Assembly (NCBI GenBank): GCA_001600815.1
Contig: BCKZ01000003.1
Coordinates: forward strand, 810,581 to 874,580
Direction: 5' to 3'
Length of the DNA: 64,000 nt
From: Alloascoidea hylecoeti
Taxonomy: Eukaryota
Of this stretch, positions 1 to 12,500 are shown one piece after another; within the stretch, counting starts at the first letter, position 1, and each line of letters opens with the position of its first letter. The notes beneath the pieces were generated by a model. It was not told where the DNA came from. It did no database searches and was given only the letters and a program-made list of their open reading frames with translations. Both the position numbers and the translations under genes were made by a program.

Positions 1-261
1 AATGAACTTGTAATTGGTTTATTATTTGAAATATATGCTAAACCTCTACTTATATTTTTATAATTATAATTAAATTTATTATTATTAAATCTAATTATAT
101 ATTGATGATTTCTTATAAATTTTAACATTTCCGAATGGTTAAGTTAATGTTTTTTGGTATCATTGATTAATATTTGTGATGATGGTGGTGGGTGAGTTTG
201 AAAAGTTTTGTACCGCACATACACACACAAAATTTAACCTCTTTTAATAAAATTAACTATT

Positions 262-1440
262 ATGACCATACCATCATCAACATCATTACAATTGTATATC
301 AAAAGGGCAACAATATCAATATCTAGGTAAATTAAAATGAAACTGTTATAAAATTATATGAAATATCTCAAAAATTAATATAACAATAGGTGTAGAAAAT
401 GTTTTTCAACTACAACTTTTAAATTTCATGAGAATCCATTGGTGAGTTTGAGTTTTATATCATCTAACTGACTTACCACCATTTAATTAATCATTTAACT
501 CTTTGTCTTATATTAGGGTCTTCCTAAAGTCAAATCCAATTTGAATAGTTCTTCATCACAATCACCGTCTATTCCACGGATGCAAAGAGGTTTACCAATA
601 AAGCAAAGAATTCCTGGAGTTGATAAAGTTATTCTTGTATCCTCGGGAAAGGGAGGTGTTGGTAAATCTACAGTATCAGGTAAGAATTTACAGTTTATAC
701 AAATGATATTGATATTGATATTGATATTAATGATGATTTTTTTAGTGAATCTTGCATTGGCTCTTCAAGCGCAAAATAAAAAAGTAGGTATATTAGATGC
801 TGATTTATTTGGTCCTTCAATACCAAAACTTTTAAACTTATCAGGAGAACCACGAATCAACCAAGAAAATGGTAAATTAATCCCTCTTATAAACTACGGC
901 TTAAAATCAATGTCTATGGGTTATTTAGTATCTCCTGATGATGCTATAGTTTGGAGAGGTTTAATGGTAATGAAAGCCCTTCAACAATTAATATTTGAAA
1001 TTCAATGGGATAAATTAGATATTTTAGTAATTGATATGCCTCCAGGAACTGGTGATACACAATTAACAATTAGTCAACAATTAATTATTGATGGAGCAAT
1101 TATTGTATCAACACCACAAGATATTGCATTAATTGATGCAATAAAAGGAATTACAATGTATAATAAAGTTAAAATTCCAATTTTAGGAATTGTTCAAAAT
1201 ATGAGTTATTTTATATGTCCAAATTGTTTAAGTGAAAGTCATATTTTTGGTAATGATTTTGGAATTATTAAACAATGTGAAAAAAGAAATATTGAATTAT
1301 TAGAATCAATTCCTTTAAATTCAGAAATTTGTGAATATTCTGATTTAGGTAAACCAATTGTTGTTGTAAAACCAAAATCTTTAATTACTAAACCATATTT
1401 CGATTTGGCAATTAAAGTCATTTCTAAATTATATAAATAA
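262..1440 (+). CDS. IND1: Mitochondrial Fe-S P-loop NTPase Ind1/NUBPL (complex I assembly), 4 exons
   Basis: ATG 262; introns ~327-389, 442-517 and ~680-745. Spliced N-terminus reads ...HENPLGLP; motifs SGKGGVGKST, DADLFGPS, WRGLMV, DMPPGTGD and CPNC. Confidence 0.9.
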
Positions 1441-1871
1441 ATAATTAATATATGGTAAATACATATAAAGTCTACACTATTTTGTATTTTTCTTTCTTTC
1501 TTTCTTTCTTTCTCACAAATAAAAACTAATATTTTTCTAATCATTTATTTTATTATTTCAATTGCTTTTAAATGATAAAATAAATGGATAGAAGGTATAA
1601 ATTTAATTTATTAGAAGTTTTAATTGGAAATTATACTGGTAGAGTACTTTTTGTTAATATATGGATGGGACCACTTGGTCGAGTAATATTGCATGATGCG
1701 ATCGAATTATTTATCTAAACTTTATGCGAATATATAAGCTAACAAGTGGTCCATATTAACAAAAAGTACAGTGTATGAAAAAAATGATGTTTGGGTGTAG
1801 CTGACATAATCTTTTAATGCTCACACTTTTAACTTAATTGATCATGATAAAGGAATTTTAATTATATTGGT

Positions 1872-2678
1872 ATGAATTTTGTAAAAACAGCAATATGGGG
1901 GCCTGATCCTAAAGAACAGGTAAGTAATTAGTTATTAGTGTGATATTATATGATAAAGGAATATATCTTAATTCAAATATTTCATTAATGTGGGATAATA
2001 GATGAGGAAATGTCGAGGACTTGTTAGGAGAAACGGTAGACAAATTGATCGACAACTAAGTGATTTACAAAGTGTTGAAAAGAAGACTAAAGCACTAATC
2101 AAACAAAATGCAAAAAGAGGGGATCTGAAAAGTGCTAAGTTATTTGCAAAAGAGTTATATAATACAAGGAGGCAAGAGAATCGAATGATTAAAAGTAAAG
2201 CACAATTAGAAAGTATTAGGATGCAAATGGAAGAATCATTTGCGGTTGCTAAGATTCAAGGGAGTATGAAGAGTAGTACTGGGGTCATGAAAGAAGTTAA
2301 TCGGTTGGTCAAAATACCTGAGCTTATGGGTACGATGAGGGAGCTGGAGAAAGAGTTGATGAAGGTAGGTTAAAAGTTATTATTGAATTAAGTATGGAGA
2401 TTCTAACAATGAAATATTTATAGACCGGGGTCATCAACGAGATGGTTGGAGACACACTTGACACGCTGGGCGAGACAGAGGACGATGACATAGAAGAGGC
2501 AGCACAAGAGGAAATTGATAAGATATTGATGGAGGTTACAGACTCCAAACTCAAACACACAGTCGAGGTTCCAACCAGCGAACTCCCAGCCGTCCCAAGT
2601 GAGCAAGAAGCTGAAGTCGAGGAAGACGATGATCTTCTAACAGCGATGAGGGAACAAATGAAATCACTGCGGTCCTAA
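1872..2678 (+). CDS. VPS24: ESCRT-III subunit Vps24/CHMP3, 3 exons
   Basis: MNFVKTAIWGPDPKEQ|MRKCRGLVRRNGRQIDR; introns 1920-2001 and ~2365-2423; Snf7-family helices and C-terminal MREQMKSLRS. Confidence 0.9.
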
Positions 2679-2846
2679 TCCTTAAGTACTTACATAACAA
2701 TTTAATAATGCCCTGGCTATGCGCTTAGTAATGGAGGGGGATGGGTGTGTGGGTGTTTTCACATGCTTTTGGTCCCAACAAAATGAAATAAAATATAAAT
2801 ACAATTGTGAAAATAGAGCGTTGTTTTCTTTCATCATTCTAACCTA

Positions 2847-4406
2847 ATGGACTCCCCTGGCAGCTCCACCAGTAATAATTCCCGTCTGTCTATCCAGTTT
2901 CTGCTGGACTCGCCTCCGCTGGGCTCGTACGTGGATCCTTCTGCACCCGCAGAGCTGCCGTTACCTTCTGTGGATACCCTCCAAGCAGAACAAGAACAAG
3001 AACCAGAAGACGATGTCGTTATGGCAGCCCGTGCCCTCGATAAGCTGCGTGTCCACCGCTCCCGTTCCTCCTCCACCCTCAACGAATCCCTCGGCGAGTC
3101 CCTCGAGTCTCTCAGCGAAACATCCCAGCAGATTAAAAATAAGCGTGCTGATTATGTTCATGTGAATCCACCAGAATGGGTCAACAGAGTCTCAAACCAT
3201 CCTCTAATAACACATGCTGTTAAGGCATATGAATCTTCAAAATCAAACTATCCTTCCTTCAAGTACGGTGCTGAAATGGTCGAAAATATGGCCAAACCTG
3301 TCGTAAGGAAAATAAATAAGCAGTACATTTACAGACAAAGGCAGAAGCAATTACAATTACATCAACAACGAACACAACAACGTCACACTGCTACTCCACA
3401 AAGATGGACCGATGCTTTAGGTAATGCACTAACGCCAGAATCTAGACGAAGATTACGTGTTTGTCTACACCTTTTAAAACTAGCTAATAATACTTTAAAT
3501 GTGAAAATTAAAAGATTAAGTGATATAATTGAAGAAGAAGAGGCTTCTCAATTTCAAAATTCAGATTCCATTGACAAAAACATGGCCCTTGAATTTGAAA
3601 ATGAATCACAACATGATAATAATAATAATGAAAAAAATGAAGATTCCACAAATGGAAATGTTAAGACAATAAAAGCTGATATTATAACAACTGTTAAAAA
3701 AATTGTGAATGTTGTTTCAAATTATGGATGTAATACATTACCTGAACCAGCTCGATCAAAAGTTCGAGAATCTTTATTAAAACTTCCCTCAAATTGGATT
3801 AAAAGTGTTAATACTGTATCACAAATTCAAAGTACAAATTCATCACCAAAATTATCTCCAATGACTCCTGTTACTCCATCATCCCAATTAATACAATCCC
3901 CATCACCAATGCTTACTCCTACTTCCAATCAACAAGATTCTAATAACTTTAATAATTTTATTACACCTGCTTCTCCAACTCCTTCAATGACATCAACATC
4001 AACCACTTCAACGATAGCATCACAGTCTCAAATTCAATCTCAATCTCAACTTCAAAGACATGATTCAATTATACCTATACCATATCTACATCCTGATACT
4101 AGAGTTTTGGTATTAGCTCGTGAATCTCTTGTCATGGTTTCAAATGTTATTAAAGTAGTTGATGATACCCTTGATAAAGCAGAAGGATGGGTTGATAATT
4201 TAGAAAGGGGTAAAAAACAAAGGTTAGATGTAGATCAATCAAGTCCAAGTTCAGTTTCAAATTTAACTTCCCCTCATAATCAAAAAATAAAATCTGAAAT
4301 TACTACATATACTAATACGACATCAACAACAAATTTAAATAAAAACAATGATGATGATGAAAATTTAGAAAATGAAAGTAATGATATTGTTATGAATGAT
4401 GCTTAA
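2847..4406 (+). CDS. OPI1: Opi1/Yas3-like transcriptional repressor
   Basis: RVSNHPLITHAVKAYESSK..FKYGAEMVE, RRRLRVCLHLLKLAN, LPEPARSKVRESLLKLP and VLVLARESLVMV are Opi1-family blocks. Confidence 0.8.
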   Translation: MDSPGSSTSNNSRLSIQFLLDSPPLGSYVDPSAPAELPLPSVDTLQAEQEQEPEDDVVMAARALDKLRVHRSRSSSTLNESLGESLESLSETSQQIKNKRADYVHVNPPEWVNRVSNHPLITHAVKAYESSKSNYPSFKYGAEMVENMAKPVVRKINKQYIYRQRQKQLQLHQQRTQQRHTATPQRWTDALGNALTPESRRRLRVCLHLLKLANNTLNVKIKRLSDIIEEEEASQFQNSDSIDKNMALEFENESQHDNNNNEKNEDSTNGNVKTIKADIITTVKKIVNVVSNYGCNTLPEPARSKVRESLLKLPSNWIKSVNTVSQIQSTNSSPKLSPMTPVTPSSQLIQSPSPMLTPTSNQQDSNNFNNFITPASPTPSMTSTSTTSTIASQSQIQSQSQLQRHDSIIPIPYLHPDTRVLVLARESLVMVSNVIKVVDDTLDKAEGWVDNLERGKKQRLDVDQSSPSSVSNLTSPHNQKIKSEITTYTNTTSTTNLNKNNDDDENLENESNDIVMNDA

Positions 4407-5794
4407 TATCTATAAAATAAATATTTATTTATATTTATGAATATTTTTATCCTCAAGTTCTCCTTTGTATTTATTGAAATTTTATTGAAATTTTATTGAA
4501 ATCTTTCATGTTATGTTATATTATTAATTACATATTAGTACCCTTAAGTTATTATTATTTTTACTAGCTATTGCTTTTTTTATTTGATGATTGCATCAAA
4601 TCATTTATATACTATTAATATTAAATCATTTAGTTTAATCAAAAATGATGAATATTTTATATTTGTTTTAAAAAAGAATTTAACAAAAAAAAAATAAAAA
4701 AAATTTGATATTCACATGTATTCCATCTAGATCTATTCACATGTGTGTGTGATTTGGTTTATCACAAGCTTATATTTCTGCATGCAATTTTTTATTATGG
4801 TACAGGCTGATGTGTTATGGGTCACGATTTTACATTTAGGGTGTCGGCTGATTATGGGGTGAAACCGAGGTTAGAATAAGGGTCTTGTTAACCTTTTTTG
4901 GGCACTCTTTCCCTTCTGTTTTTTCAGAAGCAATTCTTTCGGATTCTCTATTATACATTAAAGGTTTATAGTTCTGTATGTAACCCTTTTGTGTCATAAC
5001 TCCTTCACATATGCATTTTACTCTTCAGTCTTAATTACTTATAATTATCTAGATCTATTGAGTTTCAGTATAAGTCATCTGTTTAGTGTTTTGTACAATA
5101 TTTGTTGGGTTCTTTTTATAAGTCTGAAATTAAGCATTCTATCATATGAAATGATAATCTTAATATTAATCCTTTTGAAAAATTTCCACATTTTATTATA
5201 ATAGGCTGTAGTTAATTTAAGCGCCAGCAACATGTGCTAATATAATCTTATATCTATCTATAGTGGAAATAAATAGTGTAGCTTCTAGCTAGTACTTGGG
5301 ATTGCCATTACAATTAATCGGTTTGATTCTGTTTATTAATAAATCTAAACGGTTAATGAGACATTATATTAAAAGTAAAAATTTTTTTTTTGAAAGCGTG
5401 AATGAATCCATAGTTATATTTTATTTGCAATTGGAAGTTTGAAGAATTGTTTAATTGGTCTTTCACCTTAACAGATGATGACTGACCCTTTCCTTTCCAG
5501 TAGTTTATCTTTATTCTACTTGCAGCTAATTAAATACTCTAAATCTTGAGCTAACAAGCCCTGTTCAGCAACAAATCTCAATTGAATGTTTTGTTAAACG
5601 AAAGTAAGTTCTAAATTATAGGTCTACAATGTTTCCATGCTTTGCAGAGTTAAAAGGAGACTGGTGAGAAATAAATATATCCATAAATGAAGATATTATA
5701 TTATGATGCATAACTCATCATATAGAATGAAGAAACTTATTGGATAATTAATAGAATATAGTAACTCGGTAGGAGCTTATACTTATTTCAACTC

Positions 5795-5849
5795 CATTAT
5801 CTTCTTCGACATTATCTTCTTCGACATTATCTTCTTCGACATTATCTTC
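5795..5849. repeat. 15-bp tandem repeat (CATTATCTTCTTCGA), 3 copies plus a partial copy
   Basis: Read directly in the OPI1-ARD1 intergenic region. Confidence 0.9.
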
Positions 5850-6395
5850 CTTTCCCTTTTTCAGTCCACTAAAAGTTACAACACTCTAAAACTAGTAACA
5901 ATAGATTAAACCGTTCTCTAAGCCAAAAGGTATATAAAAAATACTATATATCGACAGCATTAAGCTTAGAAGTTTATATCTAACCGTTAATAGAATATTC
6001 TTCTACGTATGCAACTAATCGAGAAGGAATTCGAAACCTTATTTAGGTTGACATCATCACGACATAGAGTATATTTAGGAATGTGCACTTATTATTTTAT
6101 AAAGAGATGGGAAAGAAAGACATTTCATGGCAACAACTGCTGTAACAAGTGAGGTTTCATAATTTCTATAAGATAATTGGAGATTATCCTCTTTGAAAAA
6201 TTCAAAATGTTCTCTTAGCACTTGTCAATGTTTTTACTTAAATACCATTATTATTTAGTTTAAAAATGTTCAATATTTCCTCTAAATAGTGGCCTAAATT
6301 AAGTATAATATTTCCACACGTGATCACGAAAAATTAGCCCACTTCATTAAATATCTGATAATTGAACCACCTTAAACAATTTGAGAGTGGAAAAA

Positions 6396-7192
6396 ATGAC
6401 TGTCATAATTAGACAAGCTAAAATTGAGGATCTACAGAGCATGCAAAATGCGAATCTTCACAACTTACCCGAGAATTATATTTTAAAATATTACATGTAT
6501 CATCAATTAACATGGCCTGAAGCAAGTTATGTTGCAGTCACAACGACCGATCCAACGGATGACTTTGAAAATGGTAAAGGAGATCCAGCTTATGTTAGAG
6601 GGAAAGAAAAAGTTGTTGGTTATGTTTTGGCGAAGATGGAAGATGATCCTAATGCTGATCCTATTCCTCATGGTCACATTACAAGTATTAGTGTGATGCG
6701 AACATATCGAAGAATGGGAATCGCTGAAAAATTGATGAGACAAGCTTGTATGTTTTCTAAAGAATTGATGAATTTTCTAATCATATCTAACTATTGATGC
6801 TTATGGTTTTAGTGTATGCCCTTGTTGAAAATTATGGAGCTAAATATGTCAGTTTACACGTTAGACAATCAAACCGAGCAGCACTTCATTTATATAAAGA
6901 TACACTTCAATTTACCGTTAAAGATATTGAGAAAGGGTATTACGCAGATGGAGAGAATGCTTATTCTATGAAGTATGTTTTTTCTACTAGTATTTATGAT
7001 AATCCAGAAAAAAAGTTGAAAGAAAATTAATTTCACTAACACAAAATTTTACATATTTATAGGAAAGACTTAGTTCTTGAAGAATTACTACCGGGAAATT
7101 TTAACAAGGGTGAAATTGAAGATGATTTCACAAGTGATTTATTTGCATCTGTTGCAACTGATGGTATTAAATCAATTACGATTTCCAATTGA
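6396..7192 (+). CDS. ARD1: NatA N-terminal acetyltransferase catalytic subunit Ard1/NAA10, 3 exons
   Basis: [60 protein letters not shown] introns at ~6748 and ~6973; last exon ends with TGA at 7192. Confidence 0.92.
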
Positions 7193-7447
7193 AAAGTTAC
7201 GTACATACAAGTTATAAACAGTTTATAAATTGAAAATCGAAGTAATGTAATTAAAAGCAGAATGCTTTTTTAGAATCACGAATCTACTTTAAAATGAATT
7301 ATGTTGTATAGTAAAAACCATTTATTATCTATAGAGTAACTAATATTTATATTTCTATACTGACAGTAATTAAAACTTTTCATCATATCCTAGTACCATT
7401 GTATACTTCTAAACGCCAAATATAATATTTCAGCAGTATGAATAAAC

Positions 7448-7674
7448 CTAGAGATAAGTTAGTAATTATTTCTTTAAAGAGTGAAAATTTCTTAACTCCA
7501 AAACAAATTTAACAATGATTAATTATTATCAGCCAAAATATTTAAAGGTAGCTTGGGTTTTTCCACATCGACAGAAAGTCTCGAGCCAAATGCACTCTTG
7601 TCATCATTAAATAAAAAAAATCATTGTATGGATCCTGTTAAAGATATGATAATTCTTCATACATACATACATAC
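7448..7674 (-). other. Spliceosomal intron of an apparently non-coding snoRNA host transcript
   Basis: Donor GTATGT at 7674 (tandem GTAT repeats), perfect TACTAAC at 7464-7458, TAG acceptor at 7448; no convincing ORF in the flanking exons. Confidence 0.7.
7525..7612 (-). ncRNA. SNR13: Box C/D snoRNA, snR13-like (guides 25S rRNA 2'-O-methylation)
   Basis: Minus strand: box C ATGATGA (7607-7601), GAGTGCATTTGGCTCGAG, GATGTGGAAAAACCCAAGCTACCTTT, box D CTGA (7532-7529). The two internal blocks match my recollection of S. cerevisiae snR13 and are complementary to the LSU rRNA segment AAGGUAGCCAAAUGC. Confidence 0.85.
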
Positions 7675-7806
7675 AAAGCAAAATTTAAAGGAAAATGTTG
7701 TTGTTAATAATAAAAAAAGGAAAGAAAAAATTTATGAAGAAGAAAATTATATTTATATATATTTTTTTTCTGATTACTAATATTTTAAGCCCTAGTATGG
7801 AAACTA

Positions 7807-7826
7807 TTACCCGGATACGCACGTGA
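7807..7826. promoter_or_regulatory. Reb1-like (TTACCCGG) and Cbf1/bHLH-like (CACGTG) sites; probable promoter of the snoRNA host
   Basis: Both motifs lie between the 3' ends of convergent ARD1 and AGX1, upstream of the minus-strand snoRNA. Confidence 0.55.
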
Positions 7827-8181
7827 TACATCTTTTGCCAGTCCAAATGAAAGATAATAACCAACTGGGTACTCCACAAGGCTTTAATCTGTTCTTATGT
7901 TCCGTAACTTTTAGATATTATACTAGTCTAAGTAAAATGACATCCCAAGCTCAGTATTTAGTTTTAGCGCCCAATAACGGCAGCTCTATAAGGCATTAAT
8001 CAGGGAAAAAAACTACATAAACATGTTCCCACCTTCAATAGAACCAATTCAATTATTCTGATAATATATAAATACAAGAAGTCATGAGATTTTATATTAT
8101 TTATATGTTAACTTTTATAATGATGTAAAAAATAAATAAACAAATATACATTAATTGATTATTCCAATTTTCAGTCCTCAA

Positions 8182-9426
8182 CTATAATGGTGTAAGCTTT
8201 ATAGCTTGTTTAATAACAGAAATAACTTTATCGATATCATTACGAGAATCATCAACTGCACTAATACCCATATGGCCAACTCTAAAATATTTTGTAGCAA
8301 TTCCTTTGTAAAGTCCACCAGCTAATACAATTTTATTCTTTGCCATAAAACCTAAAAATTGTGGGTTAGTTAAACCTTGTGGAAGATAAACTGCGGTCAT
8401 TCCATGGGCGGAAGTTTCACGGTTTTTGGAGACAAACTTAAGCCCTAATGCAGTTAATGCATCTTTTAATTTATTTGATGAGTCAATATGTTTTTGAAAT
8501 CTTTGTTCAATATCAATTAAAATTTCACCGAGTGAAACATTTAAAGCAGTGATTGTTTGAACAGGAGGCGTTGCAAAATAAGAACCTTTTTTAGATTCAT
8601 AAGATTTCATAATTGGAGTCCATCTTTTCAAATCAGCAAAAAAAGTTGATGATTTAGGTCTGCTTAAAGCAACTTCAATAGCTCTTTCAGATGCAAAACA
8701 AACACTTAAACCAGCTGGTGTTCCAAGCGCTTTTTGAGAAGCTGATAAAACAAAATCAATACCCCAATTATCAAATTCAATCTTTTCAACACCAACTGAA
8801 CAGACACCGTCAACAATAACTAAAGTTGATGGTGAAATCTTATGAATTAAATAAGAAATTTCTTTAATATCTGATAAAACCCCTGTTGAAGTGTCAACAT
8901 GAGTAATTGTAACCAGTTGATAAGATTTTGATTTTAACGCTTCTTCAATTGCATTCAATGGAACAATTTCACCCAATGGTGCAATTAATGTATCAACATT
9001 CGCACCATGAGCTTTTAAACAATCAGCAAATGAATCACTGAAAAATCCAGTTGATAAAACCAAAGCATTTTCATTTGGCTGAATAAAGTTTGAACCAACG
9101 ATATCCCAACCCAAAGTACCCGAACCTGCCAAAACATAAGCTTGATTTTTAGGATTTTCGGAATAAAAAACTTTCCTTAATCTTGATAAAGTTTCAGAAA
9201 AAGTTGAAATAAAAGGTTCTCCTACATGTGACTGAGAAGGAGTTGACATTGCTTTTAAAACATCTGAAGAAAATTCAATAGGACCTGGGATCATTACAAG
9301 CGAATGTGATTCTTCAGTGATCTCAGATTCTCCAGATGTTAACCGAAATGAGACTTGATTTTCACTATGCCGTATTTCATCTGAAATGTGCCTATTTATC
9401 ATAGAAATTCTATCCGTTGGTGCCAT
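8182..9426 (-). CDS. AGX1: Alanine-glyoxylate aminotransferase (class V PLP enzyme)
   Basis: LVMIPGPIEF, THVDTSTGV, VDGVCS, SASQKALG (PLP lysine), SYFATP, YFRVGHMG. Confidence 0.9.
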   Translation of the reverse strand: MAPTDRISMINRHISDEIRHSENQVSFRLTSGESEITEESHSLVMIPGPIEFSSDVLKAMSTPSQSHVGEPFISTFSETLSRLRKVFYSENPKNQAYVLAGSGTLGWDIVGSNFIQPNENALVLSTGFFSDSFADCLKAHGANVDTLIAPLGEIVPLNAIEEALKSKSYQLVTITHVDTSTGVLSDIKEISYLIHKISPSTLVIVDGVCSVGVEKIEFDNWGIDFVLSASQKALGTPAGLSVCFASERAIEVALSRPKSSTFFADLKRWTPIMKSYESKKGSYFATPPVQTITALNVSLGEILIDIEQRFQKHIDSSNKLKDALTALGLKFVSKNRETSAHGMTAVYLPQGLTNPQFLGFMAKNKIVLAGGLYKGIATKYFRVGHMGISAVDDSRNDIDKVISVIKQAIKLTPL

Positions 9427-9579
9427 TTTTTTGATATTTCAAAGTCGATGAGAAACAAGGAAAAATCTTTAAATGCATATCCACAACGTTAAATAATTAT
9501 TCACTGGTCACGTGCACTACATTTTCAAGTTTTAACACACACTAAATACCAAATTTGATTATTGAATATTCTCAACAAC

Positions 9580-12500
9580 ATGTCTGACTTAAAGGTATGA
9601 GATATTATTCTCATTAGATACTGTTTTGACTTTGTGTATGAATCAACGATTGCTGACCACATTCTACCATAATAGAACCTTGATTGGACCTCAAGAAGAA
9701 GACAATTGTTTGAGTTGAATGAAAGAGCTTGGAATGGCGAACAAGGTAATGAATGATTCAATATTCCCAATTCTATATCCTTATGTGCTTTTTCTAATGA
9801 ACAAATTTGTGTTTTTTTTTTTGATAATTCAGATGTGTTTCAAATGGCAAAACCAATAGATTCAAGTTTAAAGAAAAATACAGCTTTCATTAAAAGGGTC
9901 AGACAAAACTTAAATGGTGATAATCAACAATCTTTACTAAAAGATATTAGTTCAATTTCTTTAGAGAGATATTTATCTGAAATAACTTCTGCTGTAACTG
10001 AAGGCTTGTTAAAATGTAAAGCAACTGCTGATGTGAGGGCTGCTGTTGAGGTTAGTAAATTATACCAATATATCTCTATTTATTAGATTATTAACAGCTT
10101 TAAAGGTGGTTTCGGCACTTCATCAACGTTTCTGTACTTCGTTTACTGTGGAATTACTCACCAATCTACTCCACGGAATAGCAAATCCTCCAAAATCATA
10201 CCTCATTACTCTTTCAGATGATGCAAGGGAAAAAGAAGATGCAATTCGTTTACCAAGACAAAGAATTTTACAACGAATTTTAACTGAATTATGGATAGTA
10301 GGTGTTTTCAGAACTGTTCTAGATATTCCAAGCCCTCAAGATTTACCTCCTTTTGCTATTAAAAATACTAAAAAAGGGTTTGTTGAACCTATTGCTGTTT
10401 CGTGTTTAAAAGAAACTTTGGGTTATGAAGTTAATACTGGATATGGACTTCCTATTGCAAATATGTTTGTTAAAGTGTTTGGGGTTGATGTTCTTGGAGT
10501 AGATAATAAAAATGAATCTGATGATCCTGATGCCGCAAAACCAAAAGAACGACCATTAGTATTGGTTGAATATCAAACCCATTTTAGAGTGATTTTCAAT
10601 GCCTATATTAAACAATTAATTAAAATGATGAAAGTATTGAATACTGAAATTGTGAAGCAAAGAAAAAATAATGAACGAGCCTTTATTAAAGCGGGTAAAG
10701 TACTGGAAGATTTACAAACAAAATATGAAACAAATGTCAGATTATTTGAAAAACTTGAAAATGGTTGTAAACCTATATGTGATACTTTAGGAATTGAACT
10801 TCCCGTTTTTATAAATGATGATGAGGATGAGGATGAGCCTACTGGTACTATTATTAGAAAAGATAGTATAGCTAGATCTGATACAGAGGAAGAAAAAGGA
10901 ATTTGGGATAACATTGAACAAAGGAAATTCTATGAAGATTTGATTGATCTAGCTGAAAGAGTTCCCGAGACTTTATTAGCAAATGATAAGAAACAAGATG
11001 AATCAAATCAGGCGGAATTGGCTGATCAATTACAAGCAGAACTTGAAAAAGAAGAAGAACTCGAACCTGAGAAATCAAAAGATAATAATAAAGATACAAC
11101 TGATGTTTCTAAAAGTAATGCTCCTGAAAGTGCTGGAACTAAAATGGAGCTGTTTCTTATTAAATTAAAAGATGCACAATCAAGAGAAGCAGTTGATGAA
11201 TGTGCAATTCAATATTGTCTACTTCATAATAGTGCTTCCATTAATAGGATTATAAAATTTTTAATTTTAAGTCCTTTATCTGAACAGTACATGTTGCCAT
11301 ATTATAGTCGATTTGTTGCAACAGTTAGTCGATATTTTCCTCGTATCAAGCAAGAATTAATTTCTAATCTTGATCGCGAATTTAAATCTCAATTTTATAA
11401 AGGTGAAAGGGCAAAAGGTCATTATCGTTTACGTAACTTAAAATATCTAAGTGAATTAACAAAATTTGGTATTGTTGAGAATATAATAATATTCAATAAA
11501 ATAAGAAAATTCATTATGGATTTAAAAACAGTTAACATTGAAGCATTATCCCTTTTACTTGATGGTTGTGGAAGATATTTATTTTTAAATCCAAGTACTC
11601 ATGATATAATGGTTGAAATGTTAGATTTATTAAATAAAAAACGAAGAACTAAAGATTTGAGTGTTCAAGATAAAATGATTTTACAAGGTTGTTATTTATA
11701 TATTGATCCACCAAAAGCAGTAGCAAGAGTTAAAAGAGAACAACCATTAATTGAACAATTTATTCGTAAATTGTTTTATAAAGATTTAACACCAGATAAT
11801 GGGAAATATGTTATGAATCTAATTGGAAAATTAGATTGGGATGATGCTGATACTATAAGGACATTAAAAATAATTTTCACTAAAATTTGGAGGATAAAAT
11901 ATGGTAATGTTCGAAATGTTGTTTTTTTCTTAAAACAAATCTATTCACATCATAATGATTTTGTCATTTATGTTATTGATGATTTATTTGAATCAATCAG
12001 AAGGAACTTAGAGTTAAACACTTTTAAATTCAATCAACAACGTGTTACCCAGGTTCAATATCTTGGGTTATTATTTCAATATGATCTAATCAATCCTGAT
12101 GTTATGTTTGAAACATTATATTTATTGATAACTTTTGGTCATCCTGATAATAGACCAACACCAGGTCAATATACAAGGTTAGATCCACCATCTGATTTTT
12201 TTCGAATTAGACTTGTTTGTTCAATTTTAGAAGTTTGTAGTAGTAAAATGGCAAAAGTTTTGCCAAAGAAAAAATTAGATTTATATCTAGCATTTTTCCA
12301 ATTCTATTTGTTTACAAAAGATGAACTATCAATGGATATTGAATTTGCAATCAGTGATTTATTTAATGCAGTTAGGCCTAATTGGAAACGAGCCGAAAAC
12401 ATTCAAGAGGCAGCTAAACAAGTGAAGATGCAAATGAAAAGATCATTAAAAGTGAATGCCTCGGATTCTACAGGATCTAAAAGCCAAGATCAAAATAATA

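Noticed and set aside
2340..2365. Alternative CUG decoding
   Set aside because: CTG falls at a conserved Leu in Vps24 (ELEKELMK), consistent with the standard code; only a few sites were checked.
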